From: Pecten maximus
Lineage: Eukaryota
Direction of reading: 5' to 3'
Assembly (NCBI RefSeq): GCF_902652985.1
Contig: NC_047016.1
Coordinates: forward strand, 8,184,001 to 8,248,000
DNA: 64,000 nt
The stretch's first letter is position 1; every line of letters begins with the position of its first letter. This document shows positions 26,894-39,100 of the stretch, in pieces. The notes below the pieces were generated by a model. It saw only the letters and a list, made by a program, of their open reading frames with translations, searched no databases and was not told the origin of the DNA. The position numbers were made by a program, and so were the translations under genes.

Positions 26894-27176
26894 TATGGCA
26901 AAACTGATAAAATAACAGAACTTTGTACATACAATCAAAACTTTCATTTAATATCAACAAAATTCATAATAAACAACAGCAAATATAGTAAACATCTAGA
27001 TGCAGAGAGCACAGCCTGTAAATTGGAGAATACTATCTGCTCTGGCACAATTGGTCCCAAAAATAAATATTTTCCAGTTTCCCAAGTCCATTCAATTATT
27101 TTTAAGAAATTCATGTTTACTGCAAAAGTTCTGGCAATCAAACTTTATTTTCCTATTAGGTTTAAAATTGTCTCTT

Positions 27177-30100
27177 TCATACATCCATGCTATCGCCATT
27201 CTGTGACAGTTCATTTCCATTGTGATTCTCAGAAGAGCTTGCGGTGAGTGTTGATGATGAGGTTGAAAGGGGAGTTGATACAGACACCTCAGATGTTACA
27301 ATAGATTCGGGTGTTGTGGCAGCAGCACTACTTGTGGTCTGTCTTGGACTGGTTGTGGGGACACGTCGGTTGTGGATACTAGTAAGGTCTACCTTCCCCT
27401 GTAAGTGCTGAAGCAACAGTGGTCCATAGGCTACCTTCTTTTCCTCTTTGGTTTCATCTGACCAAGGAGAAGGAGATGATGATGAAGATGCAGATGACAT
27501 ATTCGAGGAAGACTGCTGTTGATCAAGCTGGATTTTGAGGTCAGAGTCTATTAGATGTTTAGAAGGCATCAGGTTCTGTAAAGAATCCTGTGTATAGGAC
27601 GACATTGGATTATCATCAGGCTCTGATCCTGAGAAAATGGACTCCGGAAGTTCTGGGTTTTTGGAAAGGAGATGTTGGGCCATTGCATCCCTGGCTTGCA
27701 AGGCGTCAAGGTGGGGAAGCAATATGTCCTTGGGCAACAACTCTGCCTCGTCAAGGTCAAGTTCATCATCAGTTTCCTACAACATACAAAATAAGTTTAG
27801 AATTATTAAGGTAGTTTTACACTAAATAAGATTTTCACATTACATGAAATTCAACTAGTATAATGATAGGCCAGCAAATGTGCTGAAACGGTTGACAGGT
27901 CCAAATGTAATAAATACCATTTTCAAAACAATGCACAATAATATTGTCAGTGATTGACAGCTATTTACATAAATGCAACAAAAAGCAGTTTCGAGCATTA
28001 TTTTTAATTTATTACAATAAGAAACTGTCACTTTCAAGCCTATCAATATGGACAAATCATGCAAATCTTCAGCAATGTTTTAGTAGATGCTTTACCTCTG
28101 GTTTGAGAGGAAACCTGGTCTCCATTTCCTTAAGTGAAGTGTGGAGTGGACAGCGTGCATTATCCTCTAGGGTGACCACAGGCTGACCACACCGTCCTCC
28201 TCCAAACTGACAAGGTCGGTACAACACCTGATACTGGTCAGTTAGAATGTCTAGGGTGATGTCAAGGTTAGCTAATGGTTATATATAGATATTTTTCTAG
28301 TGACTTTAGAAACCAGTGTATAGTCTGTATCTAAGCAATTGAAATATGAAGCAAAATTGTGGTAATATATATTGATATCAACTGTGTTGAATTTTAATAA
28401 AGCTACATGTATATGACATTTCTATTTGCAAAGAAAAGTTTGTCAAATGTATTCATATTTTCAGAGAGTTATTTAGATAATAGACTAGAAGAAAATATAA
28501 CTGAAATTCATAAAATTAATATGTTTGAGAACATACATAAGGAGCTTAATGCAAAAATTAAGATATCAAAGTCCAAATCATGTAAAAATTAGACTCCCTA
28601 ATACTTTTCATGCAAAATATCAGTAGTCTCTCAATACACACAAACTCTACAAATCTTCTTTAATATCTAACTTGTACACTGAGAGATAACAGCTAACAGT
28701 TTCTGTCCCTAGCCACTTAAAGGCAGAAGCATGAAAAAATCAAAGAAAGCTAATAACTTCAATTATCCTCTTCTCAATCTAATGCAAGTCTTGAAGATGT
28801 TTATGAATCGAAATAAATTGACTTGGTGGTCAAAAAGGAACTTAAGAGATATTCTGTATATAAAAAAGGATACGTTGCGAGCAATACTTGGACAGTGGAA
28901 GGGCTCTGTGTGAACACTTGTTGCCATCTTCTACATATACACACTTGGGGTAGGATGGTGGTCTGTAATTGGCCCCTTCTGACACAGCGATCCTCCTCTG
29001 TTTGGACTGACGATGTAGTAATGCCTCCTGTAATAGAAATGGGTGGAAAGCTACTGAAAAAATGTTCGCAAGCAACCAATGCATGATGTTACCTAAGGAA
29101 CTGAAGGCAATGACATAGACGGTCTGTTGCTTCTTCAAGACACCATTGTATTGTTAGCAGATTTGGTGCAGCGTCTCATCTGTCTGGTATATTTTTTTCA
29201 ATTTAAATGACTACTTCTCATTAACCAAAATGCTAAGAGTCGTGACATTTGGCCGATAGGTTTCCGGGATGAAAGTTTTGCCAAGAAATATGACCTTGAC
29301 ACATATTCAAGGTCAGAGGGGTCAAATTTGTTAGAATTTTCAAACAACTTCTTCTCATAAACTAAAAGGCCTAGGAGCGTGATATTTGGCTGTTAGATTG
29401 GTGGAAGATGAATCCTGACAAAGTTGGCGAGGAAAAGAAGAATGACCTTGACCTGTATTTAAGGTAAAAGTAGTTAAAACTTTCAAATGACTTGTTCTCA
29501 AAAACCAAAGGACCTAAAATGGAGCCCACACAATTTGCAAAAAGAAATGATCTTGACTTATATTCAAGATCAAAGAAGTCAAACTTTTTAAACATTAAAA
29601 TGGATTCTCCTCACAAACCAAAAGGCCTAGAATCATGATATTTAACTGTTTTAATAACTAAGTTACTTATTCTTAAAATATAAACATGTAATATCCATTG
29701 AAATAATTCAATAATTTCAAATGATTAAACAATCTGAATACCTGAATTATTATGCAAGATGTTATTTTGTTTTATGATAATTGGTTCAAGCAATTTTTCA
29801 TTATTATTTTACACAATATATGAGTTTGCCTCAGTCTGACGTGCTGTGTCAACATTAAATTCAGGAACAAATCTAATTTCTTCATCATAGGCAACCACAT
29901 AATAGTTTTAACCAGCTATTGGCATCTTTCGAATCTTTTTGCTTTCCAACTTTCAAGGCAGACTTCCTGTCTGTTCTAGGCACCATGCTTCTGCCTATTC
30001 ATATCATGGCTATTATTTAATGAACTTCATAATATTGGCTAATGTGTCAAGAGTAGAATAGTTTAAAATGATGCTGACTTTTCCATACTCCCTTTAGGCT

Positions 30101-33100
30101 CTGCCCCTCAGCCCCCTGGGGTCAGCTCATGATCAGCCATTTGCAACTTTTTGAATCCCCACCCCCTAGGGATGCCAGTTAAATGAGAGTGATATCGATC
30201 ACTAAGTTCCAGAGAAGTGCAGCAATGATACACTTCCCTCATGATATATGTATCACGATACTTGTCCCATGGTACAATACACATAAATTCATTAACATTT
30301 ATTTCGCAAATAATCAAAAGATTAATTTAAAACCATCTGTTTCAGTTAAACAGAACCCAAAATGTTTCCAGATATGTGATTTAAATGAAGTAGGTGGTTC
30401 TTTCAATCCTTAACAGTCGCTCAACGAAAGCGCTTCCGCTGTCATGCTGGTTTTTGGCAATACTAATTTCTGCACAGAAAACTGAAAATGGCCTGATCCA
30501 GAACAATGGGCATAATGTGATATGAGAAAAAAATAATCTGAACTGAACCGTGCCATTTACACAGCCCTAAAATGTCCCACGGATTACTGTTGCAGCACTT
30601 TTCCAGAGAATTAGTCGTTTATAGCTATATAGACAAATTACTCTGTTTAGGAATACCAGGTGAGCGATACAGGCCCATTGGGTCTTTTCCTCTTGTTTGT
30701 TATAACATTACAGCTGGATGTTATGACATTAGGATGCAATACCTGGTCAATAAAAACTCTTTCTTGATGTATAAGAATTTCACCCATTCTTGTGTGCTTT
30801 ATAAGTGTCTCTCAACAACAAACTTTTTGCCCTAATGAGTAGATGATGCTTACAATGTCTTGAATTTGAATCAGAGATGTGTTCATCTTTGTTAATATTA
30901 AAATTTTGGTTAAACATTGTGTTTGTAATACAGATCTATGTGATAAAACAATGACTCGGGATACATTTTTATCATATCTCTGTTCACTTTTAAGATAAAC
31001 TAAATTATTTTGTTTTTAAATTTAAACATTTAAAGATTATTGAAATAATTCACTGATTTCAAAGGATTAAACAAGATATCTGTAGATTATTATGTAAGAT
31101 GTTATTATGTTAATTGGTTCAAGCAATTTTTCATTATTATTTTACACTATACAAGAGTTTGCCTCAGTCTGACGTGCTGTGTCAACATTAAATTCAGGAA
31201 CAAATCTAATTTTTTCATCATAGGCAACCACATAAGAGTTTTAACCAGCTATTGGCATCTTTCGAATCTTTTTCCTTTCTAACTTTCAAGGCAGACTTCC
31301 TGTCTGTTCTAGGCACCATTCTTGTGCCTTTTCATATCATGGCTATTATCTAATGAACTTCATAATGTTGGCTAATGTGTCAAGAGTAGAATAGTTTAAA
31401 ATGATGCTTACTTTTCCATACTCCCTTTTGGCTGATCATGAGCCCCCTGAGGTCAGCTCATGATCAGCCATTTGTAACTTTTTGAATCCCCACCCCCAAG
31501 GGATGCCAGTTAAATAAGAGTGATATCGATCACTAAGTTCCAGAGAAGTGCAGCAATGATACACTTCCCTCATGATATATGTATCACGATACTTGTCCCA
31601 TGGTACGATACACATAAAATCAAAAGATTAATTAAAAACCATCTGTTTCAGTTAAACAGAACCCAAAATGTTTCCAGATATGTGATTTAAATGAAGTAGG
31701 TGGTTCTTTCAATCCTTAACAGTCACTCAACGAAAGCGCTTCCGCTGTCATGCTAGTTTTTGGCAATACTAATTTCTGCACAGAAAACTGAAAATGGCCT
31801 GATCCAGAACAATGGGCATAATGTGATATGAGAAAAAAATAATCTGAACTGAACCGTGCCATTTACACAGCCCTAAAATGTCCCACGGATTACTGTTGCA
31901 GCACTTTTCCAGAGAATAAGTCGTTTATAGCTATATAGACAAATTACTCTGTTTAGGAATACCAGGTGAGCGATGCGATCTAATGAGTAGATGATGCTTA
32001 CAATGTCTTGAATTTGAATCAGAGATGTGTTCATCTTTGTTAATATTTTAAAATTTTGGTTAAACATTGTGTTTGTAATACAAATCTATGTGATAAAACA
32101 ATGACTCGGGATACATTTTTATCATATCTTTGTTCACTTAAGTTTTAATATCAACTAGATTATTTTGTTTTTAAATTTAAACATTTAAAGATTATTGAAA
32201 CAATTCAATGATTTCAAAGGATTAAACAAGATATCTGTAGATTATTATGTAAGATGTTATTATGTTAATTGGTTCAAGCAATTTTTCATTATTATTTTAC
32301 ACTATACAAGAGTTTGCCTCAGTCTGACGTGCTGTGTCAACATTAAATTCAGGAACAAATCTAATTTTTTCATCATAGGCAACCACATAAGAGTTTTAAC
32401 CAGCTATTGGCATCTTTCGAATCTTTTTCCTTTCTAACTTTCAAGGCAGACTTCCTGTCTGTTCTAGGCACCATTCTTGTGCCTTTTCATATCATGGCTA
32501 TTATCTAATGAACTTCATAATGTTGGCTAATGTGTCAAGAGTAGAATAGTTTAAAATGATGCTTACTTTTCCATACTCCCTTTTGGCTGATCATGAGCCC
32601 CCTGAGGTCAGCTCATGATCAGCCATTTGTAACTTTTTGAATCCCCACCCCCAAGGGATGCCAGTTAAATAAGAGTGATATCGATCACTAAGTTCCAGAG
32701 AAGTGCAGCAATGATACACTTCCCTCATGATATATGTATCACGATACTTGTCCCATGGTACGATACACATAAAATCAAAAGATTAATTTAAAACCATCTG
32801 TTTCAGTTAAACAGAACCCAAAATGTTTCCAGATATGTGATTTAAATGAAGTAGATGGTTCTTTCAATCCTTAACAGTCACTCAACGAAAGCGCTTCCGC
32901 TGTCATGCTAGTTTTTGGCAATACTAATTTCTGCACAGAAAACTGAAAATGGCCTGATCCAGAACAATGGGCATAATGTGATATGAGAAAAAAATAATCT
33001 GAACTGAACCGTGCCATTTACACAGCCCTAAAATGTCCCACGGATTACTGTTGCAGCACTTTTCCAGAGAATAAGTCGTTTATAGCTATATAGACAAATT

Positions 33101-36100
33101 ACTCTGTTTAGGAATACCAGGTGAGCGATGCGATCTAATGAGTAGATGATGCTTACAATGTCTTGAATTTGAATCAGAGATGTGTTCATCTTTGTTAATA
33201 TTTTAAAATTTTGGTTAAACATTGTGTTTGTAATACAAATCTATGTGATAAAACAATGACTCGGGATACATTTTTATCATATCTTTGTTCACTTAAGTTT
33301 TAATATCAACTAGATTATTTTGTTTTTAAATTTAAACATTTAAAGATTATTGAAACAATTCAATGATTTCAAAGGATTAAACAAGATATCTGTAAATTAT
33401 TATGTAAGATGTTATTATGTTAATTGGTTCAAGCAATTTTTCATTATTATTTTACCATACAAGAGTTTGCCTCAGTCTGACGTGCTGTGTCAACATTAAA
33501 TTCAGGAACAAATCTAATTTTTTCATCATAGGCAACCACATAAGAGTTTTAACCAGCTATTGGCATCTTCCGAATCTTTTTCCTTTCTAACTTTCAAGGC
33601 AGACTTCCTGTCTGTTCTAGGCACCATTCTTGTGCCTTTTCATATCATGGCTATTATCTAATGAACTTCATAATGTTGGCTAATGTGTCAAGAGTAGAAT
33701 AGTTTAAAATGATGCTTACTTTTCCATACTCCCTTTTGGCTGATCATGAGCCCCCTGGGGTCAGCTCATGATCAGCCATTTGTAACTTTCTGAATCCCAA
33801 CCCCCTAAGGATGCCAGTTAAATAAGAGTGATATCGATCACCAAGTTCCAGAGCAGTGCAGCAATGATACACTTCCCTCATGATATATGTATCACGATAC
33901 TTGTCCCATGGTACGATACACATAAAATCAAAAGATTAATTTAAAACCATCTGTTTCAGTTGAACAGAACCCAAAATGTTTCCAGATATGTGATTTAAAT
34001 GAAGTAGGTGGTTCTTTCAATCCTTAACAGTCACTCAACGAAAGAGTTTCCGCTGTCATGCTAGTTTTTGGCAATACTAATTTCTGCACAGAAAACTGAA
34101 AATGGCTTGATCCAGAACAATGGGCATAATGTGATATGAGAAAAAAATAATCTGAACAGAACCGTGCCATTTACACAGCCCTAAAATGTCCCACGGATTA
34201 CTGTTGCAGCACTTTTCCAGAGAATTAGTCGTTTATAGCTATATAGACAAATTACTCTTAGGAATACCAGGTGAGCTAGATGAGTAGATGATGCTTACAA
34301 TGTCTTGAATTTGAATCAGAGATGTGTTCATCTTTGTTAATATTTTAAAATTTTGGTTAAACATTGTGTTTGTAATACAGATCTATGTGATAAAACAATG
34401 ACTCAGGATACATTTTTATCATATCTCAGTTCACTTTTAATAAGTTTTAATATCAACTAGATTATTTTGTTTTTAAATTTAAACATTTAAAGATTATTGA
34501 AACAATTCAATGATTTCAAAGGATTAAACAAGATATCTGTAAATTATTATGTAAGATGTTATTATGTTAATTGGTTCAAACAATTTTTCATTATTATTTT
34601 ACACTATACATGAGTCTGCCTCAGTCTGACGTGCTTTGTCAACATTAAATTCAGGAACAAATCTAATTTTTTCATCATAGGCAACCACATAAGAGTTTTA
34701 ACCAGCTATTGGCATCTTTCAAATCTTTTTGCTTTCCAACTTTCAAGGCAGACTTCCTGTCTTCATTTAGTAAACTTCATAATGTTGGCTGATGTGTCAA
34801 AAGTAGACCAGTTTAAAATGATGCTCACCTTTCCATGCCTTTTGTGGTATCTCTTGAGAGCCTTCAGTTTTGTGTATTTGTCTCTTGTTTCTGGACCTTC
34901 TTTGTAAACAGATAAACTGCCTAGAAATATACAAAGTTATTAACTAATCAAGTTTTAGGGTTTAAACAAAACTTTAAGCCATAGGCCCATCAGTATAACT
35001 GAGCAAACATACAGTAGAGATTCAATGCAGAATAATGTATAGAGAACGAATTCCTTTTGATATACAATATACAATTATATCAGATCAAACACATTCAAGC
35101 AGTTCTTAACCAATTATATTCAAAAATATATTTACCTCATGCACATAGTTCATTAATGCTTAGAGAATGTAGAAGCTGGATAGCCTTAAAACTGAAGCAG
35201 TTTTCCAGTAATATCTTTTTGCTATTTTTGTTAATTTGTTACAAGTTAGCCAACTACACAATCAACCAATGTATTTTCAGAAAATTGTTTTCCAGTAAAA
35301 CAATTGCTTTTTACCTGTTCATACTCTTATCGAACCTCGCAAAAAGGTTTCAAATGAATATAGCTACCTAGATTTTATGTGGTGGAAAAGGTGACAAGAA
35401 GTGTAATATGTCGAGCTTTAAAACCTTCTTAGTAAAAGTAAAATGGAAGTTGTTAATGTGAAAACCGACCAGAGTAATTTATGTCCCATTTATTTGTCTG
35501 TGTAATATTCAAGGATTCTTCAATTTTGTATGCGACAAAAAACATTTCTCCCAAGACTTTATCACTACATGTATGCTTTTATAAGATAGATAGCACAACC
35601 TTTTGCTACTTATCTTTAATTACACATCTTATTTATGGCTTTTCCAGAAAAATACAGCTTCCCCACCACAGGCAGTGTGCAATATAAATATTACCTAGAG
35701 ATTCTTTTTCCTGTTTGTGAGTGTGCAAGTACTTTCGTCTTTTTTCCTTCATGATGTGCTGAAGTCGTTTGAACTGGTCAATGTAGAGTGACTGTAGTCG
35801 TATGAGTTTGTCCCGCATTACCAGAGCCACCTCCTCGGCAGTGTACACACCGGCATGTCTAAAAACAAATTGAAAATATTAGAGATCTTCACTTCATTTG
35901 TCCTGACAGGCTGAAGTCACAATGTCTTAAACAATATATTAATTATATATTAGTTTCTAGACGTAGATTAAGTACGTTTAGTTTGGCTAGACTAATATAA
36001 ATGACTCCATCTTTGTGCTTTATTAAAGAATATAAATAGATTCTGTAATTTCAAACACTTTTAATTATAATTTATATCATTTTAGTTTTGATGCAAAATA

Positions 36101-39100
36101 CATCTATTTGAATAATTATCTTGGGAATATCATTTAACCATGACTTTTAATTATATATATAGTGACTTAGACAAATATTAATAACACGAAAGCAGAGGAT
36201 GATGATTACATTCAGACCATTGATTAGAGTAGGCAGTCTTACTTGAGTAGGTCCTCCTGATCACTGTCGATACTCTCTGGGTCACTGTCCCCATCCCCTC
36301 GCCATGCTTGGTCCACTAGAGGAGGCTCCAAGTCAGAATCCTCAGAACTAGCATACTCTATATACACACAAAAATAGATATAAAACCCCTAACATACTTT
36401 CATTATTTACTGCCAAAGGACAGAAAACATTGCTGAATAGGAAAGAGATATTATCAGGGAAATAATACACAGTAATAACATAATGTTCTAGGAAATAAAA
36501 TTATGTATACATGTATTACAATGGATTACATGGTGGAATATATATAACAAAGGCGAGAGAACATTGGAAAGCAACAAATTCTGCAATGTAACTTCAGTTA
36601 TTTTCATTTGAATACAACTTATTACTTTCGTTCAGGAGGAACTTCATTATTTTACAGTATCAGTATGTGTATGTATTATGAATTTGCCTCAGCCTGACGT
36701 GCTGTGTCTTCATCAAATTCAGAAGCAAATCTTAATGACTTCATCATAGGCATAAACATAATTACAACATAACCTGACAAAAAAGACACTTGTTTACTGC
36801 ATGCTCTCAATGAAATGAATCGATGATGTGTTCAATTATGGTCAATACTGTGGTTACATTGTATATTTCATAAAGATCTATGCATTAAATCAACAGCTTT
36901 CACTACACAATCTTTTACTTTAATACATCTTTGCTTTAAATCTTAATTTGATTTCTGATGTCTACTTAAAGAATTCTAAAATCTCAAATTATATAAAGTT
37001 CCTGCAAGATTTCAGTATTATTTTACGTTTGCCTCAGCCTGACGTGCTGTGTCAACCTTTAATTCAGAAGCAAATCTTATGGCATCATCACAGGCAAAAT
37101 ATCTCTTGAAGCAAGGGCTGTTTTGTCTAATGTTCGGAACTCACTAATCATGCAGATTTTCCAGAATATATCTGTATCATGCTAACTGGTATACAAGAAC
37201 TTTTCCAGCATTGTTCCAAAACAAGGTGGGGAAGGACATATTGATACATAACATAACTTATAGCATATTTGTGTACAATAAATAAACACAATGTTTAATC
37301 AAAGTCATAGGAATATAAGATAAGGTCACAGTGACCTACATACATAGTATACTGTAGTACCTAAGGAGTTTGATGACTTAGGACAAATGACATTAGATAT
37401 ATGGGAGCCTAAGTTAAGTCAACCATGCACAAAATGAAACTTAAGTACAGTGGACCCTCGATAATCCGAACACCTTTGTTCCCAGTCCAAACCGTCCGGA
37501 TTACGAGTTTTCCGGACTGCCGAATTTTGTGTACCAGGTCAAAAAAATTGTCGTGTAAGAGTTATCTCCCTTGATTATATACAATCCGGGACGTTTCATA
37601 AACACGTCTAATTGTCAGACTTTTTAACAATAAATATACTTATGTTTCTGATGTTTTTAAAAGAACATGTAAAGTGAAAGTTGTTTTATTTATAGCGGGC
37701 ATTTGTGACCTACAAACAACACACATGTGTCACGTCCCGGAGGTTCACAAACAAGTAGAAATTACAAACGTTAAATACCTTAAATAAAATACACGGATTT
37801 TACAACTTACCGTCAGTCCATGTTTTTTTTTAATGATTTTTACGTACCAGAAACCCCAAGCTATCTATTTAAAAGTATGCGACACCAGCGAGAACTACCC
37901 AAGATGTCCGATAACTATTAAACCCGTATTCACTTAACAATGTGACGCTTAGTTAAGTATCAGACGACTATTGACTAATTTGTGTGTAATCAACCCAGTT
38001 CTTGTGATCACTGCTTAATACGTAAATGTGTATGTAATTAATAACATGCATCTTTCAATGAGTCGTCGTTTCACGTAACGGTGTTACAAGCCGATATCCG
38101 TGTTTACCCAATACAAGTGTTAATGATGTTAATTACTGATCATAAATTTATTACATGTATTTGAGATTGATTAATTATTGTATCACGTACTGTATGTTTG
38201 TGCATAAATTCTGTAACATTTAGGTCGTAGAGAAAAAGCAATGTACCGTTATAAAAACAAAAGCTACACATTGTAACACAGGTAAACACCCGGGGCTATG
38301 ACCTGGCAGCGGTCGCTATGACTACGCACAGTGTCAAGCGATAGTCTGTACAGCTGTCGACACGGGTGACTTGCACCGACATTTTTTTCTCCTCGTGGTG
38401 AAAAAATCATCCGGATTATTGAGGGAAATTTACTAATGAAAAGTACGTTCTGTTCCCAAAATGGGCTTCCGGAATCGGAATCCGAATTTCCGGACTGGTG
38501 AGTACAAATAACGTTACGGAAATCCGTTCCGGTGCATTTCCATCCGGACTGTGAGTTTTCCGGACTATCGGCGTCCGGATTATTGCGGGTCCACTGTAGT
38601 GTAGTTGAAAGTACAGCATGTTGACCTACTTATCAAACAAAAATGGTAATTTTGCCAATACTTTCTAACCAAGGACGTAGGAAGAAAATAATAAAAATTT
38701 AAAGTTTTGCCTCAGACTGACGTGCTGTTATCCACAAATTATTCAGGTGCAAATCTATTTTTCATCACAGGCAAAGCTTTGATTCAACAAAAACACGTCC
38801 TTGATACATAAGCAGTATACCTAAACAGCATCCAAATATAAACATTATCCTAACAAGATACTAACCTAGAACTTTGCTGGCTACACTATCGGAGTAGCCC
38901 TTGATTCGCCGACTGTCTTGCACACCTTTAAAGTGATCTAGGTCCTCTAGCAGACTTTCAGCTGTTTCCTTGGGCTGTGCTTTTCGGGTGGATCTCTGCC
39001 GTAGTAATACTGCTCTCCGTGAATGTTCTGCACAGTAACTGTAAAAAGCCAATAGCAAGTTAATTCAAGTGACACTTAACAAGACGAATAGATTTGTACT

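Larger units (their letters stand above)
29700..34840. repeat. Tandem segmental duplication, ~1.15-kb unit, ~4.5 copies, inside a KANSL2 intron
   Basis: snoRNA copies spaced 1333, 1155, 1153 and 1149 bp; identical ORFs 31873-32067 and 33028-33222; each unit includes a copy of the exon 3' end and donor. Confidence 0.95.

Noticed and set aside
31745-31790. Possible H/ACA snoRNA hairpin (SNORA2-like, expected from vertebrate KANSL2)
   Set aside because: A CTGT...ACAG hairpin with an internal loop exists, but no H or ACA box at the right distance and no SNORA2 guide sequences were recognisable by eye. A cmsearch with the SNORA2 model would settle it.
31873-33222. Two identical 64-aa ORFs
   Set aside because: By-products of the 1.15-kb intronic duplication; no coding features.
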